From Azolla caroliniana (taxonomy: Eukaryota > Plantae > Polypodiophyta): 64,000 bases of DNA. The translations under genes and the position numbers were made by a program. The notes beneath the pieces are model-generated. The model was not told where the DNA came from, did not search any database, and worked only from the letters and a program-made list of their open reading frames with translations. Of the stretch, positions 12,168 through 24,712 are shown one piece after another (the stretch's first letter is position 1; each line of letters begins with the position of its first letter). The stretch is from NCBI GenBank assembly GCA_043228905.1, contig JBHGNT010000007.1, positions 8,742,001 to 8,806,000 of the forward strand, in the 5' to 3' direction.

Positions 12168-14957
12168 TCATGATGTATATTTCAAGGACTCGTGGTCCGT
12201 AGTTACCACAAAGTGATTTCCATAAAGATAATGGCGCCATGTTTTGAGCGCATGTATAACTGCAAATAATTCATTTTCTTGAATGGTATACCGACATTGA
12301 GCAGAATCAAGTTTCTTACTCTCGAATGCTATTGGTTTACCATCTTGATACAAGACAACACCTATAGCATAATCGCTTGCATCGGTTTCAACCTCAAAAG
12401 GTTTTGAAGGATCAGGTAAAAGAAGTGAAGGAGCCTTGCAAACCAGGTCCTTGAGTTCCTTAAAGGCGAGGTCTAGTGTAGCATTCCACACAATAGGTTT
12501 TGTAGACTTACGCGTTTGACCTTTTAAAAGATTAGTAAACGACGTCGTCAATTGGGAGTAATTACGAAGAGACTTTCGCAAAAACCCAACAAAACCAAGG
12601 AATGATCGAACTTCTCGAATATTCCGAAGAGTGGGGCAAAGCTTGATTTTCTCAATGCGAGAAGGATCAATTTCAACTCCTCGTTCGGTTATGAGATGTC
12701 CTAGATAAGTAATTGATTTCTTGAAGAACTCACATTTTGAGATCTTTGCATAAAATTGTTTGTCACGCAATGTTTGTAAAACAAAGCGGACATGTCTAGC
12801 ATGTTCTTGTAATGTACGGCTATAAACTAAAATATCATCCAAGAAAATAACGACAAATTTTCCAAGTTGTTCTCGGAAAATGTCATTCATTTCTTGTTGA
12901 AAAGTAGCCGGAGCATTGGTCAAACCAAAAGGCATAACCAAAAACTCATAATGGCCATAGTGCGTACGAAATGCCATTTTAGGAACATCGTCCTCACTTA
13001 TTCGTATTTGATGGTAGCCAGTATGGAGATCAAGTTTCGTAAAATACCGAGCTCCTTGGAGATGGTCAATTAGATCGTCAGCCTGGGGCAATGGGTACGA
13101 ATTCCTGATCGTCACTTTATTCAAGCGTCGGTAATTAATACACATATGCCATGTGCCCTCTTTCTTTTTAACCAAGAGAACTGGTGCACCCCATGGAGAT
13201 TTACTATAACGTATATAACCCATTCGTAAATAGTCCTTGAGTTGCTTAGATACCTCATCTTCTTCGGATCGACTTAAGCGATACGGAGGTATACTTATTG
13301 GTGCAACACCAGGTACAATATCTATACGATGGTCTATATTACGTTTAGGAGGTAACCCATTAGGTAGTTCACTTGGAAAAACATCATGAAAATCATTTAA
13401 GATTTCATCAAGTTGTTGTTGTTCAAAATATGTTAATTGAACCGGGACATTATCGATATTGTAAATGTGAATGTCCGGATCAAGTACACAATAAAATAAT
13501 GTAGAACAAGACAACTCGGATATTGATGGACACGGGGAAACAATCGAGAGGGATTGTTTTTTTACACATTGAATAAAATGCGTACAATCGTTCAGTACAA
13601 AAGAAATGGAATGACGAACCCAATCAATAAATAATGAAGAGTTTTTATTATAAAACCAGGGATAACCCAGTATTACATCAGTGGTACAAAGATTCATTAC
13701 ATGGAAGTCTACTTCCTCTATATAAGTATCAATAGAAATTCCTAATGAATGAATCGCCCCGTTGATGTATTGTACTCTTCCATCAGCCAAGTGCACCGTG
13801 TAGGTGTGATCACTTACGGTGGGTTGGATTCCCCATATCTGAACCAAACGATCATTCACAAAATTGTGTGAGCTTCTCGAATCAAATAAAAATTGTATGG
13901 GAGATCCATTGATATACCCGTTTGCACGTAGTAAATCATTGGGACCCAATACATAGTGAGGGAAAGAACATTGACAATTACTTAAATGATGTGTATAGAC
14001 CTGAAGGACATTAGGAATTTGACCTTTATGGTCTGCAGCTTTAGCTTTGTTGTCGTGCTCTTTCCGTTGGAGCTTTCGACATTGATCTTTTGTATGACCC
14101 TTCTTTTTGCAGAATACACAAAAAGGATGTTGTCGCTTACAATCGCGATCCAGGAATTCGTTGGTTGTCTTGCGTTTCCCAACAAATTGCGACTGCTTAG
14201 TCCCGGGCGCTTCGTTGGGTTTGTTATGGTCCTTCTTCGAAGTACGTTGATAGTGAAGAACTATTTCAACGGCCTCTTCGAAGGATTTTGGATCCTTATC
14301 GTGCAGTATCCAGTGATAGTCCGAATTGGGGATGCCATTGACAAAACAAGCTATCAACCAATTGTCCCCTTCTAGACCCGATTTTTGGATTTGGGTTCTA
14401 GCATGGTGAACATAGTCTTCTAGCGAGGAAAATTTCCTGCTAGAGAGGTTCATTAAAGCTTGTGCTGCATCGGTTCGAGAGGAAGGTTGCAGAAATTGGC
14501 CCTTAAAAACCGTAACAAAATCTGTCTAGGTATCGGGCAATTTCCCCATAGTACGGAGCCCACGCCACCAGGCGGCGGCCTTACCCCCGAGTTCTCGGCC
14601 GACATATGCAATCTTCGTACTATCTGGCGTGGGATAGAGCTCAAAATGAGACTCCCATCGTCCCAGCTATGTGCAGATTGCTTCTTCGGTTCTTTCCTTT
14701 TTGTCTCCCGTAAATGGCTTAACGACAAATGATGGTTCACCTTGTCGCTCATCAGGTCTATTAGTCTCACGTTGTAGACTAATGACACGTGCCTTGAGAG
14801 CACTTTGAGATTGCCAAAGTTCGGTCATTTGTTGAGCGGTGAAACTAAGGTATTGGGTTATTTGTGCCAAATACATCTCAGTGGATATTTGTCCAGGAGG
14901 ATTCCCTTGAGTTCCTTCCGCTTGAGCGGATGACATCGGGTCGTTAATTTGAGCCAT
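12168..14957 (-). pseudogene. Element C gag-pol (gag, zinc knuckle, protease, RT, RNase H); integrase core deleted
   Basis: ORFs 14667-14957 and 12168-14453 share one frame across premature stops; [47 protein letters not shown]. Confidence 0.92.
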
Positions 14958-16647
14958 TAAAGATTATTTCTGGAAAAGAAATAGGATAAGGTCAGAGAGA
15001 TAGTCATAACATCATGTCGTGATGTAAACATATCATGGGCAAACATTAATCGATATCATGATCTCATGTCAATACCCCTCGAAACGTATGAGATGAGGTT
15101 CAAGATCAGGTTACTATGGTAACACAAAGGTGTTTTAAAAACCATGGGGGTGACAAATAAATGTCTTTCCCTGATCTCTATATCGATTTTTTCATGGTGG
15201 CTCCCCAAGGCTCAACCATGTATGTTCGTGTCATGAATAGTTTATACACGAAAAAAATGTTAACAATAAACTATGTTTCGGTGCCCACATATGTGGTTTC
15301 GGCTCTTTAAGTCCTACTACGAGGACCCCGAGGTGCACGTAGACCTTAAGTCTAAACATGTGTTATAGTCATATGTATCAAGGATGTTGTATGGTCTTGG
15401 TCATATTTGAACTTGAGACCTCGAGAACAAATACATTAAACACTTGAGCCAACCAAGTAAGTTGCTCTTCTCGAATGCTTAATGTTTGATGCGTATAAGA
15501 GATATGCGAGGCAATTGATCATATATGTTTTTTTTTAAAAGAACATATATGTCAAGGGTCCTTATTTCACCCTCATTTACCAAAACTATGTTGGTACGTT
15601 ACCTAACCTCAAGTCTCGTAATTACGATGGCATACGCCAAAGTGCAACCTAATGGTCAAGCCAAATGAGCCCTCGTTTCGTAGTAGGCTCACATGGGCCA
15701 TCACATGGTCACGTCATTACGAATGCCTCTCGTAAGAACGAGCTCATGGTGGCATCGTATCCATGTAACGAGGGAGGGATGTTGGATACGTGCGTCATTG
15801 GAGCGACCTCAGTTGAAGTGGGTCAAGCCCTACGTACTCAACATCATTATGGCTATTGGCGTTTCTTTATGTAACGAAATTGAGGTCATCAACGGGGTTA
15901 TCAACAATAAAAAATTGTTGAAAAAGGGATGGTGACAATGCCATTCTCACAAAAATGTGAGGACGGCCACCAACATCCTTTTCCCAACAAGGACAACTTT
16001 CGATATAATCACGTAATAACGAATATACACATATGTTTACTTATCACATATATACGATCAAATACGTATATATGTGACCACATATGCCTATATTAAACAT
16101 ATTGTTATATGAAATAGCCACAAATGATGTGATCGAGATACGTAATCGAGGTATATACCTCTACGCACACGAAACATCCACAAATAAGAGATCATCGTAA
16201 TACGCAATTGTGGTATTGACCTCTTACGCATACGAGACCAACCGCATATCGTTTACAACAAATCAAGGTATTAAACTCATACGCAAACGTAACATATGTT
16301 CGTGAACGTAATACGTAATTGAGGTATTAACCTCGTACGCATACGACACTCATCACATATTATTAATATGTCAAACGAGGTATTGACCTCGTGCACATAT
16401 GTAAACATTTTAGATAATCAATTAAAGACCACTACAACATCATTGACTTAATGAAAAAAAATGACATATAAACTAAACACATGATTAGATGGGAGAAGAG
16501 AGAATAGAAAAAAAATTCTGGAAAGAGTTACCGAAGTTCTTTGTTGATCGTTGTCTGGATCAAGGCCGACCACACATCGATCGATCACCATCAATCAAAC
16601 GACAAATGAAAAACAAAGAAACATTAGTACATAAATATGATACCAAC

Positions 16648-17102
16648 TATTAGAGATCTTAGTACTAAAGTAAGCTTAAGATAAGGATAAACAAATGATA
16701 GATAGAAAGGAGAAAGAGAAAGAAGGGTGCCGATCCACCCGACCACCCCCGAGCGAAGGGATCGAGACGGACTCAAGCCTCGATCGGCGTCCCATACCAC
16801 CGCCGTGGCGTCGAGTCGTACCTGGTGCTGGCGCACTCACTACAAGAGTTGACCCACCACAAGAGCAGAGTCTCGATGTAGTCAAAAGATGATCACATGA
16901 GGGTAGCTCGGCCGCTTATTTATAGCGATACCCAAGGCCCCCAGGCAAGTTCACACTTGACCTAATGGGTTGTCTCAATCCCGAGGATTAAAAGTAATCC
17001 TCCCCTTCTTTACATTCTCGTTTAACCCTCACACTTATCCACGTGTATAGAATACTACGGTAAATTCTCACCACGGGATATTAAATGGTCATGCCCGTAA
17101 CA
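16648..17102 (-). repeat. 5' LTR of C (455 bp)
   Basis: Near-identical to 10587-10737 plus 11309-11586. Confidence 0.92.
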
Positions 17103-17107
17103 CATCG

Positions 17108-18080
17108 GTTCGTAACGACTTGCGAAAGCTATCAGATGCACTCCGTAGTTCGACATCGGGACGAGCTCCACCTGACCTACCCTCCGACCGTCCACTTCAA
17201 GTGGATGGTGGATTTGGTGACGATGCCGATGGGGGTAGGGCAGATGCGATATTTGGTGCTGGCTCGAGAGGACCTGATGAACCAAGTGGAAGGCCAAGCG
17301 TTGCCAAATAAAACGACCGCGGCCGTGTGCCGATTTCTGATCGAAGAAGTGGTATGCCGTTACGGGTGCGTAGGGAAGATCGTAGCTGACCGCGAAGAAC
17401 TTGACGCACAAGAGGCTGAAGAGCTGTTTGACCGACTAGGGGTTAAACTCTCGCTCACCACGACGTACAATCCAGAGGCGAATGGGAAGGTGGAACGCGG
17501 ACATGAGCCGATCGTCAAAGCGTTAGTGCAGGCATGTGAAGGCCAAGTCGGAAATTGGCCGCGACTTCTACCCTATCCGTTGTGGGCCGACCGAACTACG
17601 CACAGTTCGGTAATCGGGTTCATGCCGGCGGAGTTGATGTACGGGCAGAAGCCGGTCATGCCAATGGAGTGAACGATCTCCTCATGGACTACGGTAGATT
17701 GGAAGGACGAGATGAACCGGGAGGAGCTGTTAGCGGCACGGATCCGACAGCTCGAGCGAAGACCGGAGGATGTGGAACGAGCTGCGGAAAAGCTGCGGAC
17801 GGCGAGGGTGAAGAACAAAGAATGATTTGACAGGACCCACCGACTACGGCCGAGGAAAATCGAGGAAGGCGACTGGGTTCTAGTATGTGATAACAGCCTC
17901 GACAACCAGCACAAGGCAATATGGAAGTTTGCAAGGAGGTGGTTCAGGCCTTATGTGGTGGCAGGAACCAACGACAACGGGACCTACCATCTCACGGAGC
18001 TCGACCGGACGAGGATGGTGGTACCGGTGGCTAGAAAAAGGATCAAAGCATTTAAAAAGCGGCACGAGGATGAACTTGGA
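17108..18080 (+). pseudogene. pol: Element B pol, part 2 (integrase core and C-terminus)
   Basis: KWMVDLVTMP, YNPEANGKVERGH, WADRTTHS, RRWFRPY. Confidence 0.9.
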
Positions 18081-18205
18081 TGGTGAGGACGACCGGCTCA
18101 GAGCGAATGGAGATCCGGAGGACGAAGGGTAAGCGCGGGCCGGTCTTCTTCGGCAAGAGTCTATTTTGGCGCATACCGGCGGATGCGTGGTTAGGTGGGG
18201 GCGGA

Positions 18206-18488
18206 TGTCGTGGAGAAAACCGTGCCTCGATGGAATCGGAGAATAATGTGCACGAACCGGCCCTTACACGCGGGCACAAGTTTTGTTGTTATATATATAA
18301 ATAGGTACAAGGCGGCTGACATAAATATCCTGGATAGCACGCATTGTTAGGTAGAAAATCGAGGCGTATCTCTGTGTGTGGAAGCACGGCTGGTTTCTTT
18401 CTTGCTCCTACTCCTGATCGGTTATTCCTGGGTCCAAGACCCCCACGGTCCCGCCTCGTTCTATATGCACGCGCGTAACAACGCGACA
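18206..18488 (+). repeat. 3' LTR of B with ~376-bp internal deletion
   Basis: Both ends match 5338-5996; junction at GTATCT ~18366-18371. Confidence 0.9.
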
Positions 18489-19593
18489 CCGGTAGCTCCC
18501 ATCCTTTAATAATCGCAGTGATTGTAGGACTACTGGTGTCCACCACTGCCGGTGCTTCCTCCGGATTTGAAAAGAATGCCGGAGCCGGTGCAGGACTTAA
18601 CGGAGGCATCGCCGATTTCAACCCGTCGGTGAACCGGGGCACTAGTTGCAGTAACTGGCCCGGTGGTAATGTGATTTGGCATTCTTGAAGTGCTTGCGAC
18701 GTGGGGTTCTCCGACTATGCCTTTACGGTGAGTTCCTCCACTGCATTCGTGTGCTCTTTCATTTTGGTGACATTGTGTTCGTTGGCCTTTTCAATCCATT
18801 CGGTGGTCTGTTTCCGTATGGCCTCCTGTGCTTCCCACTCCGCCGTCTTTCCTTTTGATCTGGTGGTGATTTGGTGTATATTCGTTACTTCTGCTACCAC
18901 CATATTGATTGCCGACCATTTTTCGTTACTTTTAACCGGACATTGGTTGTTGTAATGGCCCTCCTGGCGGCAATAGTAACAATATGCCTTCCTGGTATTG
19001 CTAGATTCTGCTTTTGGTTCGGTACCCTGTTGAAATCTGGTTACCGCTCGGTTAGGTTCTTCTGTTCTTCTTTGTTATAGTTGGGCACTACTTATGCCTC
19101 TATCTGGCTCTCATTGGTACTCCTTTGCCGGCTCCTGACAATCCTCTTTTTGAAAGTTCCATTTCTTAATAAAACATCTATTGTTCATGTAACCCTGCCG
19201 GTGCCGGTCTTTGTAGATTTCTTGTTGGTCCTCCCTCCTCTGGTTATAGCTTGGAGAGTAATCGCAACCATACCGGTCACCGTTATAAGCATCCCTTCTC
19301 CAATCGTAATACGGTGAGTAGTCCCGTTCATATCGGTCTCGATTGTAGCCTTCCCTATGTCGGTCGTCGCGATCACGCCCATAGTCGTCGCATCTTCTAT
19401 CATTGTACCAATCCCCACGTTCTGGTCGGTATCAGTCCTTCCTTCCGATCTATTCGTTGTCCGGCTCGTGACTGCTACGTGGTTCAATGATCCGCACCGG
19501 GGCCGCTTGTCAGTTTAGCAGGTTCTACTCGCATTGGTCCGTTGTGTGTGCCTGTGAGTAGCAGATCATACACTGCATCCTCATTGTGTAGTC
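18489..19593 (-). pseudogene. gag: Element A gag C-terminus and protease start
   Basis: Zinc knuckle CYYCRQEGHYNNQC ~18940-18982; R/D-rich segment; AIIKGWELP joins the protease. Confidence 0.8.
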
Positions 19594-22386
19594 TGTTAGG
19601 AAACAGGTCCCTCCGGATGAGGAGTACCCGGCTACGGATGACCAGGTGAGAACCGGATGAGGAGTACTCGACTATGGATGACCCGGTGAGAACCAGATGA
19701 CGAGTACCCAACAAGCGCCGGATGATGCAGGCCTGGTGAAGAGTGCTCATCGGATGAAGGGACATATTCGTAAATATGTTTCTAAGAGTCCATCGGGGCT
19801 ATATTTGTAAATAGCCGAAAAGTCATATTAGTATAAATATGACTTAGGGCAAACTTTATGACAGAGAGTTGTTGTCATTCTTGTTGGCGCAAGATCAGAT
19901 AGCGCGTAACAGTGTACAGAGAAAGAGAGAGAGAGGAAGAGGTCGGTGCCTCTGTTGTAACCACCGCCTGTGGCGAAGATCGTGAGCACGAGGACGTTGC
20001 CTCCGTGAGCTCACTGTTGTAATCATTGTGATATAGTGATAGTTCGCAGTGTGTGGGCTGCCGTGGTTTTTCCCGTAGTTTGGGTTTTCCACGTAAACAT
20101 CGTGTGTACTCTTCTCTCCTTTGTGTCGTGTATTCATTCCCCGTTTTTTCTGTGTTTGATTCTAAGTTCGGTTGTGGCCGAGCATTGCGCATAGGGAGCG
20201 TGCAGTTCCTGTCAAAGTGGTATCAGAGCGAAATGACACTGAAAATGGACGATTCGTTGGGAGGTATGTTCAAGCTCACCGGCTCCAACTATTCGGTGTG
20301 GAAGTCGAAGATGAGGGACATGCTCGTGGTTAAAGATCTTTGGTTGCTGGTTCAGTTCGGAGACAAGAGACTGGACAAAATCGACGCCATGATATGGGAG
20401 GTGATGCACATGAAGACAACGGCCTACATACGGTGTTTCATCGACATGAGCCTATACAACAACTTCAATGAAGAGAGCAAGGCTCATGAGGTCTGGGAGA
20501 AGATCAACATTATGTTTCAAAACAAAAATGCTGTTAACTAGGTTTCGGTATTCCGGAAGCTAGTAAGACTCCGGTACCAAGATGGCTCCAGCATGGCGGA
20601 GCACATGAATGCCTTCCAGGGGCTGATACACCAGGCAACATCATTGGAAGTACCTCTCACCGACGAGGTACTAGCGCCACTCCTGCTCGGTTCCCTCTCG
20701 GATAGCTGGGAGACGTTGGTTGTCACTTTGGGCAACGACGGGCCGGAAGGAAAACGGTTATCCCTAGCAAGAGTGAAGTCGAGCTTGCTAGATGAGGAGG
20801 CGCGTCAGAAAGATAAGGATACGAGCTCCTACTCCAAAGCGCGGAAGACAAAGGAACCGTAGTCCCCAGAATCGGGAGAAGTCGGGGACACGGTCAAAGT
20901 CAAGGGGGAGGCCTACTTGCTTCTATTGCGGCAAGCCGGGACACTTCCAGAAGAACTGTTGGCATTTCCGAAAAGACAAGGAAATCGATGGTACCGATTC
21001 AAAGCGGACCCCGCACCGGAACGGTAAAGACCGGAGGGGGCCGGACGGAAGGGAACGACGGAAATCGCGGCAAGTGAAGAAGAGTTGATGCTCATCACCA
21101 AGGAGAGTGAGCTAAACCTTGCCGGCGACGAGATGACCTGGGTGGTCGACTCCGGAGTGTCGTTCCACCTTACCCCGGAATGGAAATGCTTCTCATCCTA
21201 CTCAGTCGGTGATCACGGGCTGGCCGAGAGGATGAACCGGACCATAATGGAGAGGGTCCGGAGTATGCTGGCGCATGCAAAACTACCCAAGAAGTTTTGG
21301 GCTGAGGCACTGTCGACGGCGACATATGTGATAAACAGATCACCCTCAGTGCCGTTGGATGGAGACACACCGCACAGAGTATGGACCGGTAAGGAAGTGT
21401 CCTACCGGCATTTGAAGGTGTTCGGGTATCTCGCGTACGTGCATGTAGCTAAGGACCGTAGAGGAAAGTTAGATCCAAAGACCCGGCCATGCATATTCCT
21501 CGGTCACGGCGATGATGAGTTCGGCTACCGAGTGTGGTACCCGGTCGACAAGAAGGTATTCCGGAGTTGAGATATTATCTTCATGGAGGACAAGATGCTT
21601 GCCAACAGGGAGTCGGAGAAGAAGATAATGAACTCCTAGTCTACCGGTAAGGATCGACTCTACGATGAGCAGACCCAACCGGCAAGAGACCGGTTAGCAC
21701 TTGAGGAACCAGCCGGCTACGGTGAGGATACCGAACCGGCAGAAGAAGAAGTAGAGGAAGCTGAAACCGGAACCGGCCAAGATCCCGAATCAGATTCGGA
21801 TGAAGAGCAAATGGAGGAGCCGGTTACCGAAGCCCAGAGACGGAGATATCCTCTTAGAGAGAGAAGGGCCCCCCGGAGATTTCCGGATGCAGAGCATGTG
21901 CTGCTGACCGATGAGGGGGAGCCAGAAAGCTTCGAAGAAGTGAAGGATGACACCCACAACCGAAAATGGTTAAGTGCCATGCAGGATGAGATGGATTCCC
22001 TGCATGAGAACCATACGTACGAATTGGTGGAGTTTCCGAAAGGAAAGCGGGCACTCCGAAACAAGTGGGTGTACAAGTTGAAACCAGGAGATGCCGGCAA
22101 CCCCCCGAGATACAAAGCCAGGATCGTGGTGAAGGGGTTCCAGCAGAAGAAGGGCGTGGATTCGACGAGATATTTGCCCCGGTAGTAAAGATGATCTCCA
22201 TCCGGACAGTGCTGAGTATAGCAGCAAGCATGGACCTCGAGGTAGAGCAGCTGGACGTGAAGACGGCATTCCTTCACGGTGACCTCGAAGAGGAGATCTA
22301 CATGCAGCAACCGGAAGGATTCGTGGAGAAAGGGAAGGAGCACCTAGTTTGCCGGTTGAAGAAGAGCCTCTACGGGTTGAAGCAGG

Positions 22387-23043
22387 TGTTGTAAAACGAT
22401 GCTCGGCCACAACCGAGGAATAGGATCAACTCACAGAAAATAGGAAATACAATGTACACGGAGACTGTAGAGAGAAGAGTACACAGGATATTTTTCGTGG
22501 AAAACCCTAAATGGGAAAAACCACGGGAGTCCTCAAACTCCAACTATCACTATGAACAGGGATGTACAATGGTGAAGCTTCAAGGCAACAACCTTGAGCT
22601 CACTGTCTTCGCCACAGGCGGCGGTAATACACAGAGGCAACGACCTCTTCGTCTCTCTCTCTCTCTCCCTCTCTCGCGGCTGCTCTCTTCACTCTCTCTA
22701 GGTGAAAAACAGAAAAATAAGCAACAACAAACTGTTTGCCCTAAGTCATATTTATACACATATGACTTTCGGGCTATTTACAAATATAGCCTCAAGAGCT
22801 CTTGGCAAACATATTCACAAATATGTCCCCGCATCCGGATCTCTCTCCGGGTACATTCATCATCCGGCTCCGTGGCCGGGTCTTCGTCTTCCGGCTCCGT
22901 AGCCGGGTCTTCGTCTTCCGGCTCCGTAGCCGGGTCTTCGTCATCCGGCTCCGTAGCCGGGTCTTCGTCATCCGGCTCCGTAACCGGGTCTCCGCCGTCA
23001 TTCATCTCCGGACATCCCATCCGGAGGGACCGAAATCCCAACA
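22387..23043 (-). mobile_element. Solo LTR of a D-related Copia family, antisense inside D reverse transcriptase
   Basis: TG...CA ends; perfect TSD GCAGG; splits KQ|APRQW; reverse-complement similarity to D LTR (GCCCTAAGTCATATTT, GCTCGGCCACAACCGA). Confidence 0.9.
22861..22997. repeat. 27-bp minisatellite, ~5 copies, inside the solo LTR
   Basis: TCCGGCTCCGTAGCCGGGTCTTCGTC(T/A) repeated head to tail. Confidence 0.92.
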
Positions 23044-24712
23044 GCAGGCCCCCCGGCAATGGTATCGGAAGTTCGACTCCTTCATGAACGATCAAGGGTA
23101 CCACAAGACGCAGGCCGATCACTGCGTGTTTGTGAAGAAGTTCGAAGGAGGAGACTTCATGATACTCCTTCTGTACGTGGACGATATGTTGATCGTCGGA
23201 CGGGACCAAGCCAAAATACGGATGCTGAAAGACTTGGGTCCGACAAGACAGATGCTGGGTATGCATATCATCCGGAACTGGCCAACGAAGCAATTGTGGC
23301 TGTCACAGGAGAAGTACGTGACAAAGGTGCTTCAGCGGTTCAACATGTCAGATGCGAAACCAGTCGGATCAACACTTCCGGCAAACTGCAGGTTATCAGG
23401 TAAGCAAAGCCCGAAGATGAAAGAAGAGAAGGCGGATATGATGAAGGTTCCATATGCCTCTGCTGTTGGGAGCTTAATGTACGCAATGGTGTGTATTCGA
23501 CCAGATATTGGATACGCAGTCAGAGTGGTGAGCTGGTTCATGAGCAATCCCGGCAAGGAGCACTGGAACGCGGTCAAGTGGATACTCTGGTACCTGAAGG
23601 CCACTTCAAATATGTGTCTCCGATTTGGCTCCGGTAAACCTCAACTTGACGGTTTTACCGATTCGGACATGTCAGCTGATGTGGATACCAGCCAGTCTAC
23701 ATCCGGGTATGTAATGACATATGCATTGGGAGTTGTTTCGTGGCAATCAATGCTGCAGAAGACGGTTGCGTTGTCAACCACGGAGGCGGAGTACATGGCG
23801 GCTGTGGAAGCCGGCAAGGAAATATTATCGATGAAGGACTTCATCGGAGAGCTCAGTATCCGGCAAGATGAATATCGGCTCTATTGCGACAGTCAAAGTG
23901 CCATCCACCTTGCTAAGAATGCGGCCTACCATTCCCGGACGAAGCATATCCAACGTAGGTATCACTGGATCCTGGAAAGAGTAGATGACCAGGAGTTTGC
24001 GCTGACGAAGATCCACACGGCCGAGAACGGGTCAGATATGCTGACCAAAGTACTGACACCTGACAAGCTGGATGCATGTCGGAAGTGGGTCGGACTAGTA
24101 AGACACCCCATGCCGCAGTGAAGGGGGAGTTTGTTAGGAAACAGGTCCCTCCGGATGAGGAGTACCCGGCTACGGATAACCCGGTGAGAACCGGATGACG
24201 AGTACCCGGCAAGCGCCGGATGATGCAGGCTTGGTGAAGAGTGCTCACCGGATGAAGGGACATATTTGTAAATATGTTTCTAAGAGTCCATCGGGGCTAT
24301 ATTTGTAAATAGCCGAAATGTCATATTAGTATAAATATGACTTAGGGCAAACTTTATGAGAGAGAGTTGTTGTCATTCTTGTTGGCGCAAGATCAGAGAG
24401 CGCGTAACAGTGTACAGAGAAAGAGAGAGAGAGGAAGAGGTCGTTGCCTCTGTTGTAACCGCCGCCTGTGGTGAAGATCGTGAGCACGAGGTCATTGCCT
24501 CCGTGAGCTCACTGTTGTAATCATTGTGATATAGTGATGGTTCGCAGTCTGTGGGCTGCCATGGTTTTTCCTGTAGTTTGGGTTTTCCACGTAAACATCG
24601 TGTGTACTCTTCTCTCCTTTGTGTCATGTATTCATTCCCCATTTTTTCTGTGTTTGATTCTAAGTTCGGTTGTGGCCGAGCATTGCGCATAGGGAGCGTG
24701 TAGTTCCTGTCA

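Larger units (their letters stand above)
10587..17102 (-). mobile_element. Element C: chromovirus-type Ty3/Gypsy nested in B integrase
   Basis: 5' LTR 16648-17102, 3' LTR 10587-11586; perfect 5-bp TSD CATCG; short Met-type PBS TGGTATCA; PPT AAAGAGGGAGAG; chromodomain. Confidence 0.93.
5338..18488 (+). mobile_element. Element B: full-length degenerate Ty3/Gypsy element, tRNA-Trp primed
   Basis: LTRs 5338-5996 and 18206-18488 (TGTCG...CGACA); PBS TGGTGAACCCAACGTGA at 6002; purine-rich tract before 18206; 4-bp TSD TCGG/CCGG whose removal restores the host protease frame. Confidence 0.92.
20232..24121 (+). pseudogene. Copia gag-pol of D, disrupted and interrupted by a solo LTR
   Basis: KLTGSNYSVWK, CFYCGKPGHFQKNC, WVVDSG, GLAERMNRT, QLDVKTAFLHG, LYVDDML, RTKHI. 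Confidence 0.93.
19594..24712 (+). mobile_element. Element D: Ty1/Copia (Tnt1-like by motif resemblance), internally deleted
   Basis: LTRs 19594-20214 and 24132-24712; perfect TSD TAGTC; PBS TGGTATCAGAGC (tRNA-iMet) 20218-20229; PPT GAAGGGGGAG; order gag-PR-INT-RT-RH. Confidence 0.95.

Noticed and set aside
22861-22997. CRISPR-like repeat
   Set aside because: Contiguous units without unique spacers, no cas genes, eukaryotic TE context
22452-23293. ORFs with SSSGSVAG or EPEDEDPAT repeats, and the N-terminus of ORF 22802-24121
   Set aside because: Translations of the 27-bp LTR minisatellite; true RT sequence resumes at ~23049
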